Source: Bacteroidales bacterium (GTDB lineage: Bacteria; Bacteroidota; Bacteroidia; Bacteroidales; Marinilabiliaceae). Taken from it: DNA of 64,000 nt. This document shows, piece by piece, positions 1 to 9,828 of the stretch (positions are counted from its first letter, which is position 1; each line of letters begins with the position of its first letter). The position numbers and the translations under genes were made by a program. The notes under the pieces are model-generated. The model was given only the letters and a program-made list of their open reading frames with translations. It was not told where the DNA came from and did no database searches. Location: assembly GCA_024401335.1 (NCBI GenBank), contig JAKSLH010000004.1, forward strand, positions 37,122-101,121, in the 5' to 3' direction.

Positions 1-102
1 GCCGGTGGCAACTATGCAGGAACGCTCGAAGAGGCAGTAAAGATATACACCGACAACATAGTCAACTTCTATGCAGAATGGCTGAAAAAAGAAGCTAAAT
101 AA
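1..102 (+). CDS. 3' end of an unidentified CDS (begins upstream of window)
   Basis: Frame 1 is open from the window edge to TAA at 100-102 (...AGGNYAGTLEEAVKIYTDNIVNFYAEWLKKEAK*). Too short to assign a family. Confidence 0.4.
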   Translation, partial: AGGNYAGTLEEAVKIYTDNIVNFYAEWLKKEAK

Positions 103-109
103 CAACGCC

Positions 110-613
110 ATGAGATCTACCATCTTCATAATACTGTGCATTGTCATACTTGCCGCTGGATGCAAAGAAGAGAAGCAGCAGAGACGACACATGACTAAGG
201 CAGAGCTAATAGAGTATAACACAAAACTTGTGAAACGCGACTCAGCCTTTATAAGCCATTATTGCTATGCTCAGGGACTAGACTCAATTCCCAACAAGCA
301 AGGATTATGGATCACGATACAGGAAGAGGGAGACGGAGAATACGTACAAGATAAGGAGATGGTAGATATTGCATATAGAATATCAGACATAACAGGCAAG
401 GAGTACTACAATAGCGAACGCGATGGCATAAAGCATATCACAGTCGGAAGCGGACAAGACATAATGGCGCTTGACCTTGCGTTGCCTCAGCTAAAGCATG
501 GAACAAAAGCTACTCTAATCATAATGCCCGACCTTGCATACGGGCTAATGGGCGATGACAACAAGATCGGATCGAGACGTATTCTGCGATATGACATTGA
601 AATAATCAAATAA
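110..613 (+). CDS. FKBP-type peptidyl-prolyl cis-trans isomerase, lipoprotein
   Basis: 167-aa ORF with an N-terminal lipobox (LAAGC). The C-terminal half has the FKBP-like pattern (...HITVGSGQDIMALDLALPQLKHGTKATLIIMPDLAYG...). Confidence 0.75.
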   Translation: MRSTIFIILCIVILAAGCKEEKQQRRHMTKAELIEYNTKLVKRDSAFISHYCYAQGLDSIPNKQGLWITIQEEGDGEYVQDKEMVDIAYRISDITGKEYYNSERDGIKHITVGSGQDIMALDLALPQLKHGTKATLIIMPDLAYGLMGDDNKIGSRRILRYDIEIIK

Positions 614-635
614 GTACATAGAAGAGACATAAGCA

Positions 636-1298
636 ATGAGAAAAGCCATAACAGTCATACTTGTAGCATTGCTATGTTGGGCATGTCAAGAGTCGGTCAC
701 CCCTGCCACATATAATGGTATTGGTTCGATAGAGAGGAATGACACTGTAGCAGCGATACATTATTATGACCACACGTTTCTCATAGAAGACATGCCGATG
801 TCTTTAGTTGACTCATCACGCGTTATATTCCGTATAGAAGTCACCGGCAGAGCAAACGACACGACAGAGACATACAACGCAAAGATCATCGACATATCAT
901 CCGACATACGCCGTGAGATAATCAACATCAATTCGACAGCAGGACTAGGGGAAGAGTCGGGAGTAATGGTGAGCGACCTACACCTAACACGAGACTTCAG
1001 ACGTCTAGACTACTTTAACATCACGACAATATTCGAGACTCGAGAAGACAATGACGACAAGATAAATCTTGTACTTGAACAACGTGACGACAGCAAGAAA
1101 GAGGCAACGCTTTGGATTAAGCATTGGCAGAAATCGACAGACTCTCTCAATATCATTCAAAAAGACATTATGAGTGTGCCTATGAACGGCATGATAAATG
1201 ACGAGACCAGTGAGAGGTTATTATTACATGTCAAATGGATAAAAGCCATTGGTGACACAATAAGTGAGGACTTCACCTACAGCTATTACAACAAATAA
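636..1298 (+). CDS. hypothetical lipoprotein
   Basis: 220-aa ORF with signal peptide and lipobox (LLCWAC). Tightly packed between flanking genes. No recognisable catalytic motif. Confidence 0.6.
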   Translation: MRKAITVILVALLCWACQESVTPATYNGIGSIERNDTVAAIHYYDHTFLIEDMPMSLVDSSRVIFRIEVTGRANDTTETYNAKIIDISSDIRREIININSTAGLGEESGVMVSDLHLTRDFRRLDYFNITTIFETREDNDDKINLVLEQRDDSKKEATLWIKHWQKSTDSLNIIQKDIMSVPMNGMINDETSERLLLHVKWIKAIGDTISEDFTYSYYNK

Positions 1299-1300
1299 AA

Positions 1301-1768
1301 ATGGAAGAGACAAAATTCAACGAACATAACAAGGAAGAGCACAGGCCATCACACACAACAGAGCACATCATCAACCGCACAATGATAAACATGTTTGGTT
1401 GCGGACGTGCTGTAAGTGCGCATGTTGAGAAAAAAAAGTCGAAACTGGACTATGCCCTACCCTCTGCACCAAGCGATGTTCAAGTTGCCGAACTTGAGAG
1501 ACGAGTAAACGATGTCATCGGTCAACACCTCGACGTAACATTCGAAGTAATAACTCAAGACGAAGCGGCAAAACGATTTGATATGAAGCGCTTGCCAGAT
1601 GGAGCATCGGAAATGGTGAGAGTAGTAAAGATTGGGGATTATGATGAATGCTTGTGCATAGGACAGCATGTAGGGAACACAAGCGAGATAGGCACATTCA
1701 AGGTAATGAGCCATTCATACGATGCAGAAACCAAAATATGGAGACTAAGATGGAAAGTGACTGAATAA
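1301..1768 (+). CDS. alaX: AlaX-S-like tRNA trans-editing domain protein (Thr/Ala-tRNA synthetase second additional domain)
   Basis: 155 aa, carrying the zinc-binding HxxxH (HTTEH) and CxxxH (CIGQH) motifs typical of free-standing AlaX editing proteins. Size matches AlaX-S. Confidence 0.7.
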   Translation: MEETKFNEHNKEEHRPSHTTEHIINRTMINMFGCGRAVSAHVEKKKSKLDYALPSAPSDVQVAELERRVNDVIGQHLDVTFEVITQDEAAKRFDMKRLPDGASEMVRVVKIGDYDECLCIGQHVGNTSEIGTFKVMSHSYDAETKIWRLRWKVTE

Positions 1769-1807
1769 GTATCACTTACAAGAAGATAAACACTATACGT
1801 CACACAA

Positions 1808-1851
1808 CAAAAAGCAACAGGAGGCTAACTCATCACGAGCTGGCCTCCTGT
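1808..1851 (-). terminator. intrinsic terminator downstream of the GH3 gene (end of PUL operon)
   Basis: 9-bp stem ACAGGAGGC (1817-1825) / GCCTCCTGT (1843-1851). On the minus strand it is followed by TTGCTTTTTG. Confidence 0.5.
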
Positions 1852-1893
1852 CATTATAAATAAAACTCTAAAAAAACTACTAGTTCGAAAGAA

Positions 1894-4248
1894 TTACTTC
1901 CAATCAACGCTCTTGAGAACGTTGCTAACCTTAGCATCAGAAGCTGCTACAGCAACCTCAGCAGTAGCGCGGATATCGCGGCTAGAAGCACCGATATTCA
2001 ACTTATAGTCGCCAGCCTCAACAACCCATGCAGACTGAGCCACATCGAACGAAGCGAGTTCTGAAACTGGGACAACCAAAGTAACAACTTCGCTTTCGCC
2101 AGCAGCCAATTCCTTAGTCTTAGCATAAGCCTTGAGTTCCTGAACAGGCTTTTCGATAGAACCAGCAGGAGCAGAAGCATAGAGCTCAACAACTTCCTTA
2201 CCAGCGACCTTACCTGTATTAGCTACAGTAACATCAACAGTAATATTCTTACCATCGTTAGCAACCTTAACATCGCTGTATTCGAATGTAGTATAAGACA
2301 AGCCATATCCGAATGGGTAGCTAACCTCGAGGTTCTGCTTATCAAACCAACGGTAGCCAAGCCAGATACCTTCCTTATGGTTAGTATAGTCATAAGTGTC
2401 AACAAGATCAGTCTTTTCAGCCTGAGAGCCACCCATGAATATGCTCAAGTCGAGTTTGAAGTTTTCAGCTCTTGGGAAGTTCTCGCTAGACTTGTGGTCA
2501 ACGAATGAGTTAGGCCAAGTCATAGTCAACTTACCAGATGGAGAAACCTTGCCGCTCAATACGTCTGCAACAGAGTTACCACCCTCCTGGCCAGCCTGCC
2601 ATGCGAGGAGAACAGCATCAGGAATATTCTTCCAAGACTGAGTCTCGATAACACCACCGATATTCAAAACCACAACAACCTTCTTGCCAGCAGCATGATA
2701 TGCTTTGCTAACAGCGTTGATGAGAGCAGTTTCTTCCTTAGAAAGGTTAAAGTTGTCGACAGTACGATCAAGGAACTCACCAGAGATACGGCCGAGTGTG
2801 ATGATTGCGGCATCGTTAGCCTTTACAGCTGCCGAGAGATTAGCAGAAGAAGGTATGATTTCTGCAGGAAGACCCTTTGGAAGGAAAGCCTCAAGCATCT
2901 GTTCTTCCTTGCTCTTCTTAGCCAATTCGTCAGCAATCTGCTGCTGGTAGTCTTCATAAATCTTCTTTACATTCTGGTCAACAACATAACCAGCGTTGCT
3001 AAGACCTTCGAGGAGTGAAACAGTATAAGCACGGTTTACGTTACCAGAACCAGTACCGCCAGCGATGAACTGATATGAAGTTAGACCATATACAGCTACA
3101 TTCTTAACATCGGCAGACAATGGAAGAGCATTGTTCTTATTCTCAAGGAGTACCATACCCTCAACTGCGCTCTGACGAGTAACAGCAGCATGAGCCTCAA
3201 GGTCAGGCTTATTGCTATACTTATAACCTTTGAAACGAGGAGTGCGAACAACGAGTTCGAGGATACGCTTAACGTTACGATCGAGATCAGCGACATCGAG
3301 AGTACCATTCTTAATGCCATCAACAATCTGAGTGAACTGTGAAGGACGACCTGGCTGAAGCATATCGTTGCCAGCATGCATCTGAGCAACAGCATCCTTA
3401 CCGCCATACCAGTCGGTCATTACAGTACCTTTATAACCCCAGTCAGTACGAAGAACATCCTCAAGAAGTTCCTTATTCTCTGAAGTATAAACATCGTTCA
3501 CGTAGTTATAAGAAGTCATAACAGTCCAAGGATCACTCTCCTTAACAGCAATCTCGAAACCCTTAAGATAGAGTTCACGAAGAGCGCGAGTCTCGATGAT
3601 AGAGTTGACACCAGTACGGTTAGTTTCCTGGCTATTAGCCATGAAGTGCTTGATAGATGTACCAACATTCTGGCTCTGAATACCACGAACATAAGCTGCA
3701 GCGGTCTTACCAGAAATGATAGGGTCTTCAGAATAGTATTCGAAGTTACGACCGTTGAGAGGGTTACGGTGAATATTGAGTGCAGGAGCCAAAAGCACGT
3801 CAGCACCATATTCGAGAACCTCATTACCGATGCTCTTACCTACTTCCTCAACAAGTTCCTGATTCCAAGTACTAGCAAGGAGAGTACCGATTGGGAAGTG
3901 TGTGCAATAGTAAGTCTGCTCATCACCTTCGCGAGTAGGATTGATGCGGAGGCCTGCTGGGCCATCAGCCAAAACTACAGCAGGAATACCCAAACGAGGT
4001 ATTGCATGAGTAGAACCAGCAGCTCCGGGAACAAGGTCAGCTTGTTCGCCAATTGTAGCAGCCAGGGTATCACCACCTTTGTCCATTCCGACACCGATAA
4101 CGAGAAGAGCCTTCTCTTCGAGAGTCATAGCCTTTACGATCTCGTCGATATTGTCAGCACGGAGCTTAAGCTCTTTAGGACCACAAGATGTCAAAGATGC
4201 AGCGAGAGCAACAGTAGCGGCACCAACGAAAAAATATTTACCGTTCAT
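1894..4248 (-). CDS. glycoside hydrolase family 3 exo-glycosidase (beta-glucosidase/xylosidase-like), lipoprotein
   Basis: 784 aa with lipobox LTSCG. GH3 pattern including the nucleophile context GTVMTDWYGG and a C-terminal FnIII-like domain (PFGYGLSYTTFEYS...). Confidence 0.9.
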   Translation of the reverse strand: MNGKYFFVGAATVALAASLTSCGPKELKLRADNIDEIVKAMTLEEKALLVIGVGMDKGGDTLAATIGEQADLVPGAAGSTHAIPRLGIPAVVLADGPAGLRINPTREGDEQTYYCTHFPIGTLLASTWNQELVEEVGKSIGNEVLEYGADVLLAPALNIHRNPLNGRNFEYYSEDPIISGKTAAAYVRGIQSQNVGTSIKHFMANSQETNRTGVNSIIETRALRELYLKGFEIAVKESDPWTVMTSYNYVNDVYTSENKELLEDVLRTDWGYKGTVMTDWYGGKDAVAQMHAGNDMLQPGRPSQFTQIVDGIKNGTLDVADLDRNVKRILELVVRTPRFKGYKYSNKPDLEAHAAVTRQSAVEGMVLLENKNNALPLSADVKNVAVYGLTSYQFIAGGTGSGNVNRAYTVSLLEGLSNAGYVVDQNVKKIYEDYQQQIADELAKKSKEEQMLEAFLPKGLPAEIIPSSANLSAAVKANDAAIITLGRISGEFLDRTVDNFNLSKEETALINAVSKAYHAAGKKVVVVLNIGGVIETQSWKNIPDAVLLAWQAGQEGGNSVADVLSGKVSPSGKLTMTWPNSFVDHKSSENFPRAENFKLDLSIFMGGSQAEKTDLVDTYDYTNHKEGIWLGYRWFDKQNLEVSYPFGYGLSYTTFEYSDVKVANDGKNITVDVTVANTGKVAGKEVVELYASAPAGSIEKPVQELKAYAKTKELAAGESEVVTLVVPVSELASFDVAQSAWVVEAGDYKLNIGASSRDIRATAEVAVAASDAKVSNVLKSVDWK

Positions 4249-4262
4249 ATTTATAGATTTAA

Positions 4263-5468
<1,206 letters not shown>

Positions 5469-6707
5469 TTATTTGAAAATTTTCTGTGAGAATTCAGTGA
5501 AATAGATACGCCAGTTGCGCCAAATGTGGCCACCAGGAGTCTCGAGATATTCATAAGGATAATGATGAGCATCCATATAAGCGCGCATATCATCAGAACC
5601 CTTCTTGATAAAGTCGATCTCACCTATAGCGATATAGTAGAGATAAGGACGATTCTTAGGAGAGAAGAGGTTAGCCATCTGCTTGTCGAAATCCTTATAG
5701 ACAGGGCAAGTAGAAGGAGCGCCATCACCCTTACGGCTATCGCCAACACCAGCACCACTGAAGAGACCAACATAACCATATTCACCAGCATAGTACTTAG
5801 AAATCTGCTCAGAATGGAAGCTACCCATAGAGAGACCAGCGATAGCACGATGCTTCTTATCGTTGATAGTACGGAAATTCTTCTCAACGAACTTACGAAC
5901 GTCAGGGAAAGAGAGCTCGAAAGCAGCTTCCTTCATACCTTCCTTAACGCCACCCATAACCATTTGAGGTTGCTTGAAACCATCTTTAGTCTCACCAGGA
6001 GCAGCCTGCTCGTATGCGTTACCATTTGTCATAACGACAATCATAGGCTCAGCCTTACCAGCGGCGATAAGATTGTCGAGAATCTGGCTGATACGGCCCT
6101 GAGTATACCAAGCTTCTTCATCACCACCAGAACCATGGAGGAGGTAAAATACAGGATACTTCTTGCCAGAAGTCTCGTAACCAGCAGGAGTATAAACAGT
6201 AAGACGACGCTGCATGCCGAGTGATGGGCTATCATACCACATCTTACGGATAGTACCGTGAGGCACATCGTTAACCTTATAAAGATCGCCCTTATCACCC
6301 TTTTCATTGCTTACGATAAAGCAGTTAGTGATAGTAGCAACATCGCGGTTAATATAAACGTTAGCAGGGTCAACAGTCTTCTGACCATCGATTATGAGGT
6401 TATAGCAATAATATTCGCTTGAAAGAGGAGCTTCTGTAGTATATTCCCAAACGCCATCTTTTTCAACAAGATTAGCAGTGCCAGGAAGAGCGTACTTGCC
6501 ATAGTTAGGAATATCGACAACATTTTCTGGCAAGAAATCGCCAGTTATCTGAACCGTCTTAGCTTTAGGAGCCTTGCAGCGAAATGTTACAGTATTGTCT
6601 GCATTGATTTGTGGTGAAACGATCTGCTGTCCACCCCAAAGTGCCTGCTGTGAAAAAGCTGAGCCAGCACACAAAGCAGCACATGCTATAGATAAGAGTT
6701 TTTTCAT
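5469..6707 (-). CDS. CE1-type esterase, tandem paralogue of 4263-5459
   Basis: 412 aa, colinear with the neighbouring esterase (same [26 protein letters not shown] blocks). Only 9 bp separates the two genes. Confidence 0.8.
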   Translation of the reverse strand: MKKLLSIACAALCAGSAFSQQALWGGQQIVSPQINADNTVTFRCKAPKAKTVQITGDFLPENVVDIPNYGKYALPGTANLVEKDGVWEYTTEAPLSSEYYCYNLIIDGQKTVDPANVYINRDVATITNCFIVSNEKGDKGDLYKVNDVPHGTIRKMWYDSPSLGMQRRLTVYTPAGYETSGKKYPVFYLLHGSGGDEEAWYTQGRISQILDNLIAAGKAEPMIVVMTNGNAYEQAAPGETKDGFKQPQMVMGGVKEGMKEAAFELSFPDVRKFVEKNFRTINDKKHRAIAGLSMGSFHSEQISKYYAGEYGYVGLFSGAGVGDSRKGDGAPSTCPVYKDFDKQMANLFSPKNRPYLYYIAIGEIDFIKKGSDDMRAYMDAHHYPYEYLETPGGHIWRNWRIYFTEFSQKIFK

Positions 6708-6741
6708 TATGTATGTGTTTATTATTAATCAAGAGAGAAAG

Positions 6742-6782
6742 AACAGAGTCGGCCAATTCAGTCGGAATCAACCGACTCTGTT
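6742..6782. terminator. strong hairpin between SGBP gene and esterase genes (intra-operon attenuator or antisense terminator)
   Basis: 11-bp perfect stem AACAGAGTCGG (6742-6752) / CCGACTCTGTT (6772-6782). The T-run TTTTTATT follows on the + strand and TCTTTCTCTC follows on the - strand. Confidence 0.35.
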
Positions 6783-6801
6783 TTTATTCACACTTTAAAA
6801 T

Positions 6802-8205
6802 TTACAATCCAATATTACCAGTGAAAACATAAGTTGCAGTAACTACACCATCACTGTTTTTAGCTGTAAGAATGATTGTTGTATCATCACCTTCTCCTTC
6901 AATCTTTAAAGAGCCTGCAGGAATATATACAGCTGTGCCCAAAACACCATCCTTTACTTCACATACATAGCATCCGCTTGGACTACCTGGGGAGAAAGCA
7001 TTATCACAACCAGCCTGTGCCACACCTGGTCCCATTTCAGCAGAAATATTATACTCACCACGAGCAAGTTTACCATCTGCACTAAATGGTTCGGCCTGAA
7101 CAAGAATACCATCACCTGAATATACAGTAGAACTGCTTGTTTCATCGAAAGTACCAGTAACTGTTCCATTAGCCATCTGAATATCGATGAAGTTGACACC
7201 CCAGCCGAAGCTAGCCCAGTTTGTTAATGAAGGCACAGAATTCATCACAAACACCTCACCAGCATCACCATCTGGGTCGAGTGCACCTATACCACCTTTG
7301 TATTCAGCATACACGCCACCTTTGCCTTGGTCAAGAAGGATAGAATACAAAGGACCATTCTTGGTAATTACGATATCACCTGTAGTAATCATCTGAGGCA
7401 CTCTCTGTCCATCAGAAATTGTATACCAAAGTGAACCCTTGAAATCCTCAAATGGAGGAACACCGAATGCTTCAAATGCATTATTCATAAATGTCTCACC
7501 AACAACATAACCTTCACCAGGCTTATAAGTACCAGGAGTCAACTTTCCATCAGTCGTCTTGATTACAAGCTGAAGATCATTGCCCTCACCTTTATAGATA
7601 GGAGCTGCATTCTCTTGAGGTATTTCCTCGTAACCACCAGTAGTGAATACAATAGTAACTGTACCGTCATAATTGTCAGTATACATAGATACAGAGCCAT
7701 CCCAACCAAATTGAGGTTTTATAGATGACAAAGCTGTAGGATCATCAGGAAGGAATTCGCTAAAGAAAGCACCTTTTAATCTATAGCTTTTACCATCTTG
7801 TGTAAAAAACACAGAAGTTGCAACAGCATAATCATCACCATTCTTAACGAGTGAGAGGCTACCGTCGACAATTGGACTGCCATTTACGGTTGAAACTCCA
7901 CTTACAATGTTTCCATTTTTAGCTGATGCTGCATCCCTGACAGTATATGTATTAGAAGTCAAGAAGTAATTGTTACAAAGCATAGTAACATTAACATTGG
8001 CACCTTCAGTAGTTTTTATATCCATTACGAAAGTACGAAGATTACCTTCCTTTTTTCTTTCTACATTTGCTTCAGTAACAGTAAGGTCTGATGGTGCCGC
8101 ATAAACACCTTGAAGATCGTCGAGGCCACCTTCATCGCATGACGTAGTTGCAAGTGAAAGACCAGCAACTGCAGCCATCATTATATATTTATATCTATTA
8201 TTCAT
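6802..8205 (-). CDS. surface glycan-binding lipoprotein candidate (SusE/F-position SGBP)
   Basis: 467 aa with lipobox TTSCD. Lies immediately downstream of susD. Three beta-rich modules with a recurring G-x-Y segment (LTSNTYTV / LTPGTYKPGEGY / LARGEYNIS). Confidence 0.55.
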   Translation of the reverse strand: MNNRYKYIMMAAVAGLSLATTSCDEGGLDDLQGVYAAPSDLTVTEANVERKKEGNLRTFVMDIKTTEGANVNVTMLCNNYFLTSNTYTVRDAASAKNGNIVSGVSTVNGSPIVDGSLSLVKNGDDYAVATSVFFTQDGKSYRLKGAFFSEFLPDDPTALSSIKPQFGWDGSVSMYTDNYDGTVTIVFTTGGYEEIPQENAAPIYKGEGNDLQLVIKTTDGKLTPGTYKPGEGYVVGETFMNNAFEAFGVPPFEDFKGSLWYTISDGQRVPQMITTGDIVITKNGPLYSILLDQGKGGVYAEYKGGIGALDPDGDAGEVFVMNSVPSLTNWASFGWGVNFIDIQMANGTVTGTFDETSSSTVYSGDGILVQAEPFSADGKLARGEYNISAEMGPGVAQAGCDNAFSPGSPSGCYVCEVKDGVLGTAVYIPAGSLKIEGEGDDTTIILTAKNSDGVVTATYVFTGNIGL

Positions 8206-8259
8206 AATCTTTGATTTTGAATGTCAAAAACATCTTTTAATCCGTATTTGTGATAACAA

Positions 8260-9816
8260 TTACCAACCTGGATTCTGCTTGATATTGCTATTAAGACGTA
8301 TCTCAGTACCTGGATATGGGAAGAGTTCATGCTTGCCCTTCTTAAAACCATAGAGTGCCGGATTAGTATTGTAAGTCTTATACTCAATCTCACCATTTGG
8401 ATTCAACAATGGGAGTTTAGAACCCTGGTTTGCTAAAAGATCACCAGCTATGCCCCAACGCAGAATATCGAGATATCGAGTGTACTCGCCACAAAGCTCT
8501 ATACGCTTCTCACGACGAATTTCCTCCTCAGTATAACCACTCTTTGTAGGAGCTTTTGCACGTGAACGGATCAAGTTCATGTATTCATCTGCTTTTGACT
8601 GGTTGCCTGCAAGGAAGTGGGCCTCAGCGCCACAAAGAAGAACCTCTGCATAACGCATCCAGCGAGGATTGTTGTCATCAACCATTGCATAAGTTCCATC
8701 AGGACACTGCTCATCAGTAAAACGCCATTTCCACATGAAGTAACCTTCACTGATAATAGCCTGAGTTACAGAACATCCCATATCATGAACCTGCTTGTAA
8801 GTCTTCATTGTCTCACCAAGACGATAACCATCTTTGCCTTCAACCTTTACAAAATCATCATAAAGACTCTGCTGAGGTGTAAGGAAGCCCCAACCCTGAT
8901 TCATTTCAAGGCCAACAGATGCTGGCACATTCATCTTGTCAATACGCCAGTGAATCATAACACCAGTCAAATCAAAATTACCGAATGTATTATTCACATC
9001 ATAAACACGGTTGCTTTCGAACATGCTCTCGCAGTTGTGCTTATTGTTGTAGCCAAGCATATCACCATAATTACCAGTGAAGAGAGCATATTTGCCACTA
9101 CTTACAACAGCGTCGAACTGTTCTGCAGACTTCTTATATTCCTTTGTCCAAAGATAAGCTTTACCAAGCATTGCCTGAGCAAACTGCTTTGTAACTCGCC
9201 ATGTCTTATTATCATCAACACTTGTCTTCTCTGGCAAGTATCCACCATCAATAGCAGTCTGAAGGTCTGTAATAACAAGATTCCAGAGATCCTCAGTAGA
9301 ACCATTAGGCTGGCTATATTCATCAGCGCCCAACTCATGGTCAACCAATGGTGGATTACCCCAAAGGTTAATCAGATAGAAGTAAGCCCAAGCACGCAAT
9401 ACACGAGCCTCAGCATGGGTACGTTTCTGGATATCAGAATTCTGAGGAACATGGCCTAAGATAACATTACACTTATAGACTATCGAGTAATAAGTTTCAA
9501 AAAGCGACTTTATATATTCAGCTTCTGTATTGAAAGTAAACTCATTAAACTGCTCGAGATCGGCATTATCGTTACGTGCAGAACCACCACTCCAGAAGTC
9601 ATCACCTAATGCATTGATGCACATATGGAGATTGTATTTTGAGGCATTAACCTGAAGATAAGCTGCTGCAGATGCATTTTCAGCCTCTTCATCGGTATTA
9701 TAGAATGTGTCGTAATTGAGCACACCATGCTGAGGTATGTCGAGATCATCTTCGCATGATGACATGCCGAATCCCATCAAACCAGCAAATGCAATATATA
9801 AATATTTAGTTTTCAT
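8260..9816 (-). CDS. susD: SusD/RagB family nutrient-binding outer membrane lipoprotein
   Basis: 518 aa with lipobox MSSCED. Lies directly downstream of susC. TPR-like SusD sequence pattern (RAWAYFYLINLWG..., YAEVLL...AEA). Confidence 0.9.
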   Translation of the reverse strand: MKTKYLYIAFAGLMGFGMSSCEDDLDIPQHGVLNYDTFYNTDEEAENASAAAYLQVNASKYNLHMCINALGDDFWSGGSARNDNADLEQFNEFTFNTEAEYIKSLFETYYSIVYKCNVILGHVPQNSDIQKRTHAEARVLRAWAYFYLINLWGNPPLVDHELGADEYSQPNGSTEDLWNLVITDLQTAIDGGYLPEKTSVDDNKTWRVTKQFAQAMLGKAYLWTKEYKKSAEQFDAVVSSGKYALFTGNYGDMLGYNNKHNCESMFESNRVYDVNNTFGNFDLTGVMIHWRIDKMNVPASVGLEMNQGWGFLTPQQSLYDDFVKVEGKDGYRLGETMKTYKQVHDMGCSVTQAIISEGYFMWKWRFTDEQCPDGTYAMVDDNNPRWMRYAEVLLCGAEAHFLAGNQSKADEYMNLIRSRAKAPTKSGYTEEEIRREKRIELCGEYTRYLDILRWGIAGDLLANQGSKLPLLNPNGEIEYKTYNTNPALYGFKKGKHELFPYPGTEIRLNSNIKQNPGW

Positions 9817-9828
9817 AGTTTCTTTAGA

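Noticed and set aside
8617-9459. 280-aa + strand ORF antisense to susD
   Set aside because: A shadow ORF of a well-supported SusD gene. The composition is hydrophobic and low-complexity, and there is no independent start context.
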